DNA from: Candidatus Latescibacterota bacterium
Lineage (GTDB): Bacteria; Latescibacterota; UBA2968; UBA8231
Assembly (NCBI GenBank): GCA_965248265.1
Contig: CBDFJF010000002.1
Span: 2,560,001 to 2,624,000, forward strand
Reading direction: 5' to 3'
Length of the DNA: 64,000 nucleotides
Shown here: positions 38,340 to 48,766 of the stretch, piece after piece
How positions within the stretch are numbered: position 1 is the first letter of the stretch
Layout of the letters: each line of letters starts with the position of its first letter
The notes under the pieces: generated by a model
What the model saw: the letters and a program-made list of their open reading frames with translations, nothing else
Database searches by the model: none
Told to the model about the DNA's origin: nothing
Made by a program: the position numbers and the translations under genes

Positions 38340-40310
38340 TTACTGGAAGGGAATGGGGATGCTGTCCCCGTGCCAGGGGAAGGCATAACTCGGTTTGTTG
38401 ACGAACCGCCGCAAGCCGGCGTCGAGCCGGATGATCGTGGAAGGTGGCAGTTCCAGGCTGAAATACTTGCCGTCGACGGTAGCCGATTTGATTTCATCCT
38501 CACCGTCCGAGCGCACCTCCGTGAACTCGTGCTCGCCGAAGGCCCCTGCCTGCACGATCAGTCTGCGCGTTTCCGTTCGACTCATATTGGCGAACTGCAC
38601 CCCCGCGCCGTCGGCGCGTAACTCGTCTACGAGTACGGCGACATCCGGTGGCAGACCGGGTCGCATGCGGTCGGAGTCGAAGTAACGCATCGTAGCCCGC
38701 AGCATACCGCCGTGGTACATGTACTGAGGCGAACCGAACATCATATGCGTCAGCACCTTGGTGAAGACGGGATTGGGCGGCTCTTGATTGTCGGCGATGA
38801 TCTCGGCAACTGTCCTTACATCGGCTTCCAGTGTGTGGAAAGCATCCAAGGCCTGCTGGTACTGTAGCGTCAGCATCTTCTCTGGCCAGTTCGGATTCTT
38901 ACCGTCGTAGTACTGAAAGCGGCTGTACTCGCTGTCCCATTCCGCCCGTGAAGAGCCAATCTTCTCTTCGTTCCAGTCCCGCCTCACATCCCCGTCGCGC
39001 ACCTGCAGGATCAGGTCGTAATCTTCCTTGGCCATCGAGGCATGGTAGAGGTGGGCCAGCTCATACAGGCGCAGGTTGGTCGAAGAGGTGGCATCCCACT
39101 TGTTCGGCTCCACGTGAGCGTGGACGAAGCCATTGGCTGTGGCCCGGTTCGGGACCAGTAACTGTCCGTCGTCGCCCGTGATCGAGTTGTCGAGCAGCAT
39201 CTTCACCTGCGAACGGAGCAGCTCGAGGTAGCCGGCATCACCGGTTACCAGGTGGGCAGACTCGGCGGCAATGCCGACTGAGTGGAAGATGTGGCTCCAG
39301 CCGACGTAGCTGTTCCACCCGTACAGTGTACCCCACCATATGCCGTCGCGGAGTTCGCCGACCTTGCCCGTCGGTCCGACGTTGTCGGGGATGATACCGT
39401 TGTTGGCTTTGATTCGGTCCATCCAGGCCTCAACGTACTCGACGATCCAGTTTCTGTATTTCTCCTCACCGGTGTAGAGGAAGGCGTTGGTCACCAGGCC
39501 GGTGGCAGCCAGGTTGCAGGCCGAATCGCAGCCCATGACCAGCTTGTTGAAGATCTCCGTGATCTCCTTGGCGCGCTCTGGGCTCTCCCACCAGTTGGGC
39601 TCCAATTCTTTGACAGCCGGGTATATGGACGCCCGAACTCCCATTGTCTTGGGAACCCAATCCGGGTTGTCGCGGGGATATCCGCCCAGCAGGAAGCCTT
39701 TGACGTGGTCGACATCGCCGTATGACCACGGTCCCTGGCTGGTGCAGCAGGGAGAGCGGAAAACCTTGTGCACGGGGTCGTAGTTGGGTGCTTCCGGATC
39801 CTCACCTGTGAACATGTGGGCGAAGCGGCGTGCCCGGCGCACATTCTCGGAGATCGTGGGGTCTCCGAGGCCCAGATCGTGAAAGGCCATGTTGCCCTCA
39901 CCCATGTGGTGCCACTCGGCGTCTCCCGGGTTGGCCATGCTGAAGTATTCGTTGTGGATACTGTGCTTCAGCCTGTTGGGCCGGTTGGGATACTCCATGC
40001 AGTTGATGCGGTTGCCGTCGCGGTCATCGAACAGGCGCGTCGTGGCGTTCCAGTGCTTGAGCGCCATGTCCACGAGGCTCTCGTCGCCACCCATGTTGTA
40101 GAGGAGGCACCAGTTGTAGGTGCGCTCATAGTAATCATCCAGATCGTCGTACCAGTACCAGGCGCCGCCGCGCTCAGCGTACTTCTGGCTCATCTTGACG
40201 GCGCCGCGTTCCATCAACGAGATGATCTTGCGCTCGAGCAGGGCCCAGGTCGGAGGGGCTTCAATACGGGAGGCTGTCACGTTCGGCATGCTCGGCAGGG
40301 ATGCAGGCAT
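38340..40310 (-). CDS. Family X hypothetical protein, paralog X4
   Basis: Same motif set; AAGGAG RBS. Confidence 0.9.
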   Translation of the reverse strand: MPASLPSMPNVTASRIEAPPTWALLERKIISLMERGAVKMSQKYAERGGAWYWYDDLDDYYERTYNWCLLYNMGGDESLVDMALKHWNATTRLFDDRDGNRINCMEYPNRPNRLKHSIHNEYFSMANPGDAEWHHMGEGNMAFHDLGLGDPTISENVRRARRFAHMFTGEDPEAPNYDPVHKVFRSPCCTSQGPWSYGDVDHVKGFLLGGYPRDNPDWVPKTMGVRASIYPAVKELEPNWWESPERAKEITEIFNKLVMGCDSACNLAATGLVTNAFLYTGEEKYRNWIVEYVEAWMDRIKANNGIIPDNVGPTGKVGELRDGIWWGTLYGWNSYVGWSHIFHSVGIAAESAHLVTGDAGYLELLRSQVKMLLDNSITGDDGQLLVPNRATANGFVHAHVEPNKWDATSSTNLRLYELAHLYHASMAKEDYDLILQVRDGDVRRDWNEEKIGSSRAEWDSEYSRFQYYDGKNPNWPEKMLTLQYQQALDAFHTLEADVRTVAEIIADNQEPPNPVFTKVLTHMMFGSPQYMYHGGMLRATMRYFDSDRMRPGLPPDVAVLVDELRADGAGVQFANMSRTETRRLIVQAGAFGEHEFTEVRSDGEDEIKSATVDGKYFSLELPPSTIIRLDAGLRRFVNKPSYAFPWHGDSIPIPFQ

Positions 40311-40446
40311 ACAAGACTCCTTATCGTTCCATGCAGATACGGATGTGACGAACGTTGGATGGCTCGAAGCGTCCGCTCCGAGGGTTGGATGTAAAGCTCG
40401 GCGCCCTCGTTGTCAACATCGCGTTGTGTGCACCCGTCCGATGTGA

Positions 40447-40698
40447 GCCGAGGCCGCTCTCGACCTGATGCGGGGGCAGACATACGACGGGCCCTACGCC
40501 CGCAAACGGGTCGAGGCCGTCGACGGACACTTTGGCACGTTCTGCGGTGTCGCTTACGCTGAGCCCTTTACCTCGATGCTGCCGCAGGTGTATGACCGCC
40601 TGCCGATTACCCCGAATACCCGTATCAAAGCCAGCGAGCCGAACAAGGAATGGCACGCTCGGGTGTGCAGGCTGCTGGCGGCGCAGCTACCCGTTTGA
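40447..40698 (+). pseudogene. C-terminal remnant, probably of a PIG-L/LmbE-family deacetylase
   Basis: AALDLMRGQTY...ARKRVEAVDGHFG...VAYAEPF; in-frame stop immediately upstream and no N-terminus. Confidence 0.5.
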
Positions 40699-41538
40699 GC
40701 CGCCCCAGCGGCCGATACCGGCACTATCTTCGGCTGGGAGAGGGTAGAAGCGGTCGAAGAGATCGGGCAGGCCGAGATGGTGGCCAAGTTCGTGGGCCAT
40801 GGCACCTACGGTCTGCCCGTAGTTCCCCTCGCGGAGGACTGAACCACCACTCGAGTGCCCGAGGATTCGGATGGGTTGACCCTCGGGGTCAAGATCCTGA
40901 GACAGGAAGGGATCGCCCAGGCCTAGTCCGGCGATTCCTGTGGCGTTGGCGATGAAGAACCAGGCAGGGGTTGATGCCACGTTGACGAAAATGTAGTCGA
41001 CGAAGCCATCGTCGTCGCCGGAGTTCGGCAAGCCGTCGTCGCCATCGTTGTCGAACTGGCCAAAGTCGACGTCGTCGTCCGCCTGTCGCAGAATCTCGCG
41101 AACGAACTCGCCGTAACGGCCCCGCTGGTCAGCGGCAGAGGCGACGTAGGCGGATTCAGGACCATCCGATTAGTAACGACGGGACAGCACGGCACCTTCT
41201 ACTATGAACTGGCCTAAAGACATGGTGTCGTAGTAATGGGATAGGCTGCCAGCTCGCCTCCGGTCTAACAGATTATCCGCAAAGCTGGGTACGGGGGGAA
41301 CCGGGTGATTGCGCTGATCAAACGCGGCAAATATGACCAGAGCGTCCAAGCTGCGAGGAGCAGGGGCGGCAAGCCGCTTAGCGGCGGACACGTCGATCGT
41401 ACCGGCGCAGACGAATCCGGTCTCTCCATACGCGGACTGCACGCAAAGCAGCATGACTGCCAGCGATAAGATCAATGCACCCATCTTGATCGGGAAAATC
41501 CAAACTCTCATACTTATCAACTTATGGAAGTGTGACAC
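40687..41538 (-). pseudogene. M6 (immune inhibitor A-like) metalloprotease pseudogene
   Basis: Signal peptide, SLSHYYDTMSLG, in-frame TAA at 41170-41172, then VDFGQFDNDG, AHELGHHLGLPDL; stops shortly after SAGIGRWG. Confidence 0.85.
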
Positions 41539-41664
41539 CGGCGCATCCTGACACTCGATAGACCATAACCGCTAACGATGTCCCTATTCCGACGAGAGGT
41601 CCCTAGGCAGCTGAACGGCCCGGGGTAATACAATATGGAAGGCCCCGAGTGATGGTACCGACTT

Positions 41665-42888
41665 TTGCGAGACCTGTCAGTGTCTGACCGCTTGCGCGTG
41701 GCGGCGATCTGCACCGTTTACTACGCCGCCTCTCATGCAGACGCTATCGTTACCAAATTCCTCAAGGGGATGTCTACGGACGAGGGTCTGTTCGCACCCG
41801 AGGTCGATATCGTTTCTCTCTACATCGATCACGTACTGGAAAACGACATCGGTATCGAGTTGGCGAAGCAGCATGGCGTACCGGTCCACCCGAGTATTCG
41901 CCGTGCCCTGACGCAAGGCGGCAGTACACTCGATGTGGACGCGGTTCTGCTAATCGGCGAGCACGGTGACTACCCGTGGAACGAGCGTGGACGCATCGTC
42001 TACCCACGTCGCTACTTCTTCGAGCAAATCGCCGGCGAGTTCGGCCACAGTGGCCGCTCTGTACCGGTGTTCAATGACAAGCATTTTGCCTATGACTTCA
42101 CCGACGCCCGGTGGATGTGGGATCGAGCACAGGAACTCGACATTCCGCTGATGGCCGGCTCCTGCCTGCCTCTCGCCTGGCGCAACCCCTGGCTCGAGCA
42201 CGAGACCGGGACCCGGATCGAAGATGCCCTGGCGATCGGCTACGGCAAGGTCGAGGCTTACGGTTACCACACCCTGGAAACGCTCCAGTGCATGATCGAG
42301 CGCCGGACCGGTGGCGAGAGCGGCGTACGCTCGGTGCACTGCATCGAGGGAGATGAGGTGTGGGTGGCTGCCGACAAGGGCTTGTGGCCGATGGATCTGG
42401 CCGAGGCTGCCTGCTCGGCGATCGAAAGCAAACCAGAGGGACGGATGCAGGAACACGCTTCCATCCCACGGTTGTTCTTGATGGAGCACATGGATGGCTT
42501 GCGGACGGCGGCGCTACTGCTTCACGGCTACGTCAACGACTGGGCCTACGCGGCTCGCGTCGGGGGCAGGATCGAAGCAACGGAGTTCTTCCTCCAGCCA
42601 AATGGTCCGGGGGCGAATTTCGGCTACTTGTGTCGCAACATTCAGCGGTTCTTTCAGACCGGCGTGGCACCCTATCCTCCGGAGCGCACCCTGCTCACCA
42701 CCGGAGTAATCGACGCGGTCATGAACTCGAGACACGAGGGTCACAAGGTCATCGACACTCCCTACCTGAATATCGTCTACGAACCATATGAAAGTGAGCC
42801 GCTTCGGCCTCGTGAGTCGAGACCGCACGGAGGCAGCGTCGACCGGAATGCTCCGGACGTTCTGCTGCCGTGGGATCGAACCAACTAG
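41665..42888 (+). CDS. Conserved hypothetical protein, divergent Gfo/Idh/MocA-like
   Basis: RVAAICTVY..SHADAI, VDAVLLIGEHGDYP, VPVFNDKH, PLMAGS, YGYHTLE, PYPPERTLLTTG. Confidence 0.75.
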   Translation: MRDLSVSDRLRVAAICTVYYAASHADAIVTKFLKGMSTDEGLFAPEVDIVSLYIDHVLENDIGIELAKQHGVPVHPSIRRALTQGGSTLDVDAVLLIGEHGDYPWNERGRIVYPRRYFFEQIAGEFGHSGRSVPVFNDKHFAYDFTDARWMWDRAQELDIPLMAGSCLPLAWRNPWLEHETGTRIEDALAIGYGKVEAYGYHTLETLQCMIERRTGGESGVRSVHCIEGDEVWVAADKGLWPMDLAEAACSAIESKPEGRMQEHASIPRLFLMEHMDGLRTAALLLHGYVNDWAYAARVGGRIEATEFFLQPNGPGANFGYLCRNIQRFFQTGVAPYPPERTLLTTGVIDAVMNSRHEGHKVIDTPYLNIVYEPYESEPLRPRESRPHGGSVDRNAPDVLLPWDRTN

Positions 42889-42999
42889 AGGTTGACACCC
42901 CATTGAGTTCGAGGCGACGGTTGGTCTGTCTTATCTAGCACTACCCTTGCGCACTTCAACGAATCGACTGCCAAGGAATCACCCGGTCTATGGGCACCC

Positions 43000-43336
43000 G
43001 ATGGTGAGCTGGGCAGCTATCGAACGTTGAGCACAGAACAACCCCAGTTGTCGCCGACCTGCCAGATCAGTTGATGATCCGCTGGCGAGACAAGAGGATG
43101 CGCATCCTGCACGGGCATCGGAATCCAACGAACACGGAGCGTGTGTCGTGGCGCTCTACAACAGATCAACTGATGAATATCTTCCCCACGACTCGCAGGT
43201 AGATCTGACAGTGATCGGACACACGCACTATCCATTCGCTCGTAAACAAGGTGGCTCCTGGGTGGCCAGCAAGGTCTGGATAACGCAGGCGTTTCGATGC
43301 CCAGTTGATGAGCCGGATCGTATCATGAAAGCGTGA
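43000..43336 (+). pseudogene. Calcineurin-like metallophosphoesterase remnant
   Basis: LPDQLMIRWRDKRMRILHGH then, after a frameshift at the C run 43184-43187, VDLTVIGHTHYP; no N-terminus. Confidence 0.6.
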
Positions 43337-43390
43337 ACTGGGTTGAGCTATCTGCGGTGGTGGCGACTTCGGTGCGTAGATTGACTCAAC

Positions 43391-44194
43391 TCAAGAATCC
43401 TGCAGCTGGGTGATGGGACCAGTATTCCCGAAACCCAACGCGATGGCCCTGTCGAGTATGTCCTCGCGGCGAGGACCGGCCGTGCGTATCAGTCGATCGC
43501 TGTAGAATCGCCCCCAGGCCTTGGTCTCGCTCGCCAGGAATCTTACCAACCAATCGAAGTGCGCCTGGTTTTTCTCCGGCGTTGTATTTTGGGCGACGTT
43601 GATGTGGATCGCCCTGCGCCCGGGATTGTCACTCAGGGCGGCGTGGTGAAGTTTGTGGTTCATGAAGAGGACATCATCGGGTTGGTTTACGAGCGGGTAC
43701 TGGCCCGGCAGGTAATCTGGTGCTGCGTCCCACTGGTCCTTGTGGGCGACCAGATGATCGCGAAACTCCTGGCAGTGACTCCCGGGAATAACCGTGAGGC
43801 ACCCGTCCTCGGGGCCGAGTGGGTCCAGGTAGATCGCGGCTCTCATGGTGGAAAAGCCCTCAGGGGCGTAGGCGTCATGGTGCCAGGGGGATCCGCCGGT
43901 GTGGATGATGCCCTCGCTGACGGTGAGGATGAAATCCTCCCCGAGAGCCTGCGCGAAGGGTTGCAGTATCCGCTCATCGTCGAGGAGAGGGTAAAGGGCC
44001 TCTGGATCGTAGTCGAAGAAGGGTATGACCTGCTGCCTTTTCTCCCCTGGTCCCGGTGCGGGAGCTCCGTCCCGTGCTCTTCCCATGGCGCGGTCAAAAG
44101 CCGTTGAAAGGCGTCCCATCTCCGCGGCTGACAGGAGTTGCTTGCCGAGGAAGAAGCCAAAGGTGCGGAAGTAGCTGATCTGCTCTGGAGTCAT
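43391..44194 (-). CDS. PhyH-family Fe/2OG dioxygenase
   Basis: Start MTPEQISYFRTFGF; WHHD, GCLTVIPGSH, LHHA, GRR. Confidence 0.88.
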   Translation of the reverse strand: MTPEQISYFRTFGFFLGKQLLSAAEMGRLSTAFDRAMGRARDGAPAPGPGEKRQQVIPFFDYDPEALYPLLDDERILQPFAQALGEDFILTVSEGIIHTGGSPWHHDAYAPEGFSTMRAAIYLDPLGPEDGCLTVIPGSHCQEFRDHLVAHKDQWDAAPDYLPGQYPLVNQPDDVLFMNHKLHHAALSDNPGRRAIHINVAQNTTPEKNQAHFDWLVRFLASETKAWGRFYSDRLIRTAGPRREDILDRAIALGFGNTGPITQLQDS

Positions 44195-44416
44195 GTACTT
44201 GAGAAGCCCTTTCGTGCCGGAACACTGCAACCCGATGGGTGTTCTGTCAAGCGGTGGCCAGGCCTGGCGGTTACTGGTGAAAACCACCAATGTCAACGAG
44301 ATTATCGCCGGCGGACCCGGTGCTGCACACCCACCACTAGTCGACCAGCGTCCGCGGCGCCACGAACTCACCTGACGCATCCTTGTCCATCCTCATTCCC
44401 CACACGTACAGAAGAT

Positions 44417-45145
44417 TCAGGCCCATGCCGGCATAGAGCTCACAGTCTGCCTGCGCCCGATCCAATCCGGGCACGACGACGTGGGCGCTCTTGACCTTCT
44501 GTCCGCATAGAGACGCGCATCGTAGGAGTAGGTATTGTGGCAGAAAACGCATCGCTGGGTGTAAAATTGCTCCGGTTCAGGCTCAAATGGATGATAGTGA
44601 GCGGTGCCATCCTTTTCGTATTCTGGAACGTGTTCAGGGTTGAAATAGAATTGCGGAAGCCACTGCCCTTGCCCAAACAGATAGCCGAACTGCAGGTATG
44701 ACTCTGACGTGTACAGAGGATCGTCCGGGGGTTCTGGTCCCTCGATCTGTATACCGAGGTATTCTTGCTGGTGGCGCCAACCAATGGTTCGTGTAATCCG
44801 AAAGGTGCGGATCCGTTTCTCGCCTTGATAGTACTCCATCAGGAAAGCGCCATCTCGCTTCAGGAACACAACCCGGCCGTCTCCATAGGAAAGACTCGTG
44901 CCGGAAAAGTCGCCCACGACCGTTTTGTCGGTGGCCAGCTGGTTTATTCGACTGTGCGGATGCGTCGTCCAGTCCGCGTAGTTTTCTTGGTGACACTCAC
45001 CGCATGCTTCCGGACCTATGTAGTCTTCCTGGCGAATGTTGCTGTACTGGTCATGTTCCGCGGGAGAGGAAATTCTCTGGGCCGCGACGTCATTGTTGCC
45101 CAATAGGGCAACCGCAACCAACAAGACAGATTTCGTGAATCGCAT
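44417..45145 (-). pseudogene. Truncated multiheme c-type cytochrome (c554/c552-like N-terminus)
   Basis: Signal peptide, YIGPEACGECH...W..HPHS, CVFCHNT; sequence turns unrelated after ~44500. Confidence 0.65.
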
Positions 45146-45277
45146 TCCGTTTCCTCATACCAAGTACTCGTGATTCATATGACGGTCAATCTAAAAATAA
45201 ATAGAAACGGTTGGTAAGTGTGGTGCGCTGTCGGACCACCGGGCACAAGCGCATATTGTGGTACAGTGACTACGATT

Positions 45278-47678
45278 ATGATACTTTCACACCGCCATAA
45301 AGCGATACGTGCTTGGGGCGTTGCTTTCGCGGCTCTCATCCTGTGCATCTGGTATTCCCAGCGTCAATGCCCACGGTCAAGTCACGGGTTCTGAATCCCA
45401 AGCCATCGGGACCGTGGCCGGACGGGTCATCGACAAGGACACGGGGAAGTCCCTGGCTGCTGCCGTGGTCTCCATTCCGGGCACCGGGATAGGGACATGG
45501 GCAGACGAGACGGGTGGGTTCAGGATCGAGGGGTTGGCAGCAGGTAAGTACACCCTTGAATGCAGTCGCATCGGGTACGACACCGCCAGCGTTCAGGTCG
45601 TCGTCGAGATTTCGGGCGTCGCCGACGTCGAAATCGCCCTCGCTGAGGAGGCAATCAAGCTGAGCGCGATCAGAGTGACTCCAAGCCGTTTCGCCATCAT
45701 GGGAGACGAACCCCACGCCCGTCAAGCGCTCACCGAGGAGGAGATCCAGTCGATTCCGCAAATGGGCGAGGATATCTACCGTGCCGTCGCCCGCTTGCCG
45801 GGGATCTCCGCCAATGACTTTTCGGCCAAGTTCACGGTCCGCGGCGGCGAGCACGAGGAAGTGCTGGTGCTGCTGGACGGAATCGAACTCTATGATGCCT
45901 TCCACTTGAAAGACATCAACGGTGGCGCTCTGAGCATCGTCGATGCGGAGGCGATTCAGGGGATCGACCTGCTGACCGGCGGTTTTCCTGCCCAGTACGG
46001 TGACCGCACGAGTGGCGTTTTCAACATCGATTCGCGGACGCCGCGGACAGGTCGGGTCAGACATTCAGTCGGCATCAGCATGATGAACGCCCGCTTGATG
46101 TCAGAGGGCACCTTCGAGAGGGGATCCTGGCTGCTCTCCGCGCGCCGCGGTTACCTCGACCTGGTGCTGGCGTTAATGAACGAGGAAGAAGATCTCAGTC
46201 CGAAGTACTACGATGTGCTGGGCAAGGTGGAGTACGAGCTGTCGCCGGATCACAGGCTTTCTGCCCATCTGCTGCATGCTGACGATGACCTGTCCCTGCT
46301 GGAAGGTGACAAGGACGACAGCAAGACCGGGTACGGGAATTCCTACGTCTGGTTGAATCTGAAGTCTGCTTTTGGGCCTCGGTTGTCCGCGCGTACGACA
46401 CTGTCCCTTGGCAGAGTGACGGCTGATCGAAACGGAATCGGTTTTGAGGGCGATGAGGGCGTGGTGCCTGATTTCACCGTAACCGAGAATCGCCGCCTGA
46501 CCGTTGCCGGTCTGAAGCAAGACTGGCGCTACGAGGCGACCCGACGTCACTACCTCAAGTGGGGGGTAGATCTGAAGCGTTTTAGAGCCATGTACGACTA
46601 TCTAAGCGCCGACACCTGGTACAGTCGCCCCGCACCTGACAGTTTGATTACCGGCATCGATTCAACCGTGATCGGCTTGCAGCCTTCGGCTAACCGGGTC
46701 GGGTTGTACGTCGCCGATCGATTTCGCGTCCTCGCTCCGCTGGCCGTTGAAGCCGGCCTGCGCTACGACGCGGCACCCTATGCCGACGACCAGCTCATCA
46801 GTCCACGTATCAACTTCGTCTACAATCTAGGCAAACGAACTTCGCTGCGTGGTGGTTGGGGACTCTACCGGCAAAGTCAGGGAATCCACGAGATCAGGGT
46901 CGATGAGGGCGAGCGGGAATTCCTGCCGGCGGAGAAGGCAACGCATTGGGTCCTCGGCCTTGAGCACTATTTCGACAATGCAATCATTCTGCGTGCTGAG
47001 GGTTATCGCAAGCGCCTCGATGACCGGCATCCATCCTACCGGAATTGGCGCAACGACATCGAACTGTTTCCGGAAATGCTGTCGGACCGCTTCCGTGTCG
47101 ACATCAGCGAGACATCTGCTAAAGGGATTGAACTGTATCTGAAGAGCGAGAGCGAACGCAGGCTGACCTGGTGGGTGAGTTATGCGCTGGCCCAGGTCGA
47201 AGACCGAGTGCAGGGCTTAGCCGTGGGCCCGGACGAACTACCCCTTGCGGACACCCTACCTGGGGTCAACGATCAGCGTCACACGCTGTACGCGGACCTC
47301 AATTACCGGCCCAGTCAGCGCTGGCATCTCAGCATGGCGTGGCAGTACCGCTCGGGTTGGCCCTTTACCGAAGAGGTTCTGCGCCAAGGTGCTTTTGAGA
47401 ACGGCACGACCTACCTGTACGTCACCGCAGGCGAACCACATGGAGCGCGCTACCCTGCATTTCACCGCGCCGACCTGAGGTTGAGCCGCCACTTCGAGAT
47501 TGCCGGAGGACGTCTATCGACCTTCCTGGAGATGATCAACCTCTACAATCACGGCAACGTGCGCCGATACAACTATATCTGGCGCCGCGATGACACCGGG
47601 CAGTTGCGTCCGAACAGGGAAGCCGAATACTGGTTCAGGCTGTTGCCATCGATCGGGGTCAGCTGGAGCTGGGACTAA
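45278..47678 (+). CDS. TonB-dependent receptor with N-terminal carboxypeptidase-regulatory-like domain; possible 5' frameshift
   Basis: GRVIDKDTG...SRIGY, LPGI...VRGG, GGFPAQYGDRTSGV plug, C-terminal SIGVSWSWD; best signal peptide starts at ATG 45278 in another frame (ORF track start 45309). Confidence 0.88.
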
Positions 47679-47698
47679 ACGGCCTTCGCTTGGACCCT

Positions 47699-48559
47699 CT
47701 ATTTCGGTACCAGATCGTCGCCAGACAGCGTGGTGCGATGCATGACGCGGCGATGGTTCCAGCCGTCCCAGGGTCGCCCGCGATGCAGGCAGCTGACGTT
47801 GTCCCACATGACGAGATCGTGCAGTTGCCATTTGTGGCGGTAGACGAACTGCGGCTGCGTGGCCCATTCGAGCAGCTCGCGCAGCAGGGCTCTGCCCTCT
47901 TCGACAGGCCAGTCGATGATGTGGGTGGCGTAGGCACCGACGAGCAGCACTTTTTCCCCCGTCTCGGGAATCGTCCGCACCAGTGGATGGGGAGTGGGCG
48001 GTGTGTTCCTCAGAAATTCATCTTCCATAAGATCAGGGGCGATCTGGGCGCGTGAGTGCGCGAGGCTGTGCTCGGCCACAAGGTCCTCGATGAGCGACTT
48101 TCGTGCCTTGGGGAGGCTGGCGTACGCAGCGCGCAGACTGGCGTATTCCGTCTCTCCACCTTCGGGCGGCACCTCCTTCGCCGAGAGCAGAGACCCGCGT
48201 AGTGGCACCTGCCGGAAGGCGCCGTCAGAGTGCCACATGTGGTTGCCCTTCTGGTACAACATGCGCTTGTCGTCGGGCGGGATGAGGTCGCCGCCGTCGT
48301 CGACGTTGCAGATCACGCCGATGGGACCGCCATCGCCGACGGGGTCATTGGGAATCGTCATTTCGAGAGGACCGAACCCCTCGCTGAAGGCGATGTGCTG
48401 TTCGTCCGAAATTTCCTGGTCCTGGAAAACGAGAACGGAATGTGAGTGAAACGCCCGTCGGAGCAGCGACAGGGTCTCCTCGTCGATGGGGGAGGAGATA
48501 TCTATACCGCTGACCAAGGCGCCGATGTTTTCCCCAAGCTTTTCGATGGTTGCTGGCAT
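47699..48559 (-). CDS. TauD/TfdA family 2OG-dependent dioxygenase
   Basis: GALVSGID, WHSD, GGETEYA, HPLVRTIPETG, WDNVSCLHRG. Confidence 0.92.
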   Translation of the reverse strand: MPATIEKLGENIGALVSGIDISSPIDEETLSLLRRAFHSHSVLVFQDQEISDEQHIAFSEGFGPLEMTIPNDPVGDGGPIGVICNVDDGGDLIPPDDKRMLYQKGNHMWHSDGAFRQVPLRGSLLSAKEVPPEGGETEYASLRAAYASLPKARKSLIEDLVAEHSLAHSRAQIAPDLMEDEFLRNTPPTPHPLVRTIPETGEKVLLVGAYATHIIDWPVEEGRALLRELLEWATQPQFVYRHKWQLHDLVMWDNVSCLHRGRPWDGWNHRRVMHRTTLSGDDLVPK

Positions 48560-48766
48560 GATTCAATCCTCCGATGACACCTCTTCTACCCAGATCGGCT
48601 TTGTCTGTCAAGGGGGGCCAGTACCATAGGGAGCTGACCTCGGGTCGCCTTTACCGTGAGAGGCTTTGTAAACACCTTCGTATACCGTGATGCGTCTCCG
48701 GGATGAGGGAGGGTACCCAGCACTGAGCAAGTACAGTGATTTGCGGAATCAATATTGGAGTCAACG

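Noticed and set aside
40311-40420. Shared (C/G)(A/C)TCCAA words upstream of X1, X4 and X5 as a common operator
   Set aside because: Too short and inconsistently placed to distinguish from chance
41170-41172. In-frame TAA as possible recoding or readthrough
   Set aside because: TAA ends many normal genes here and the protease gene is also truncated downstream
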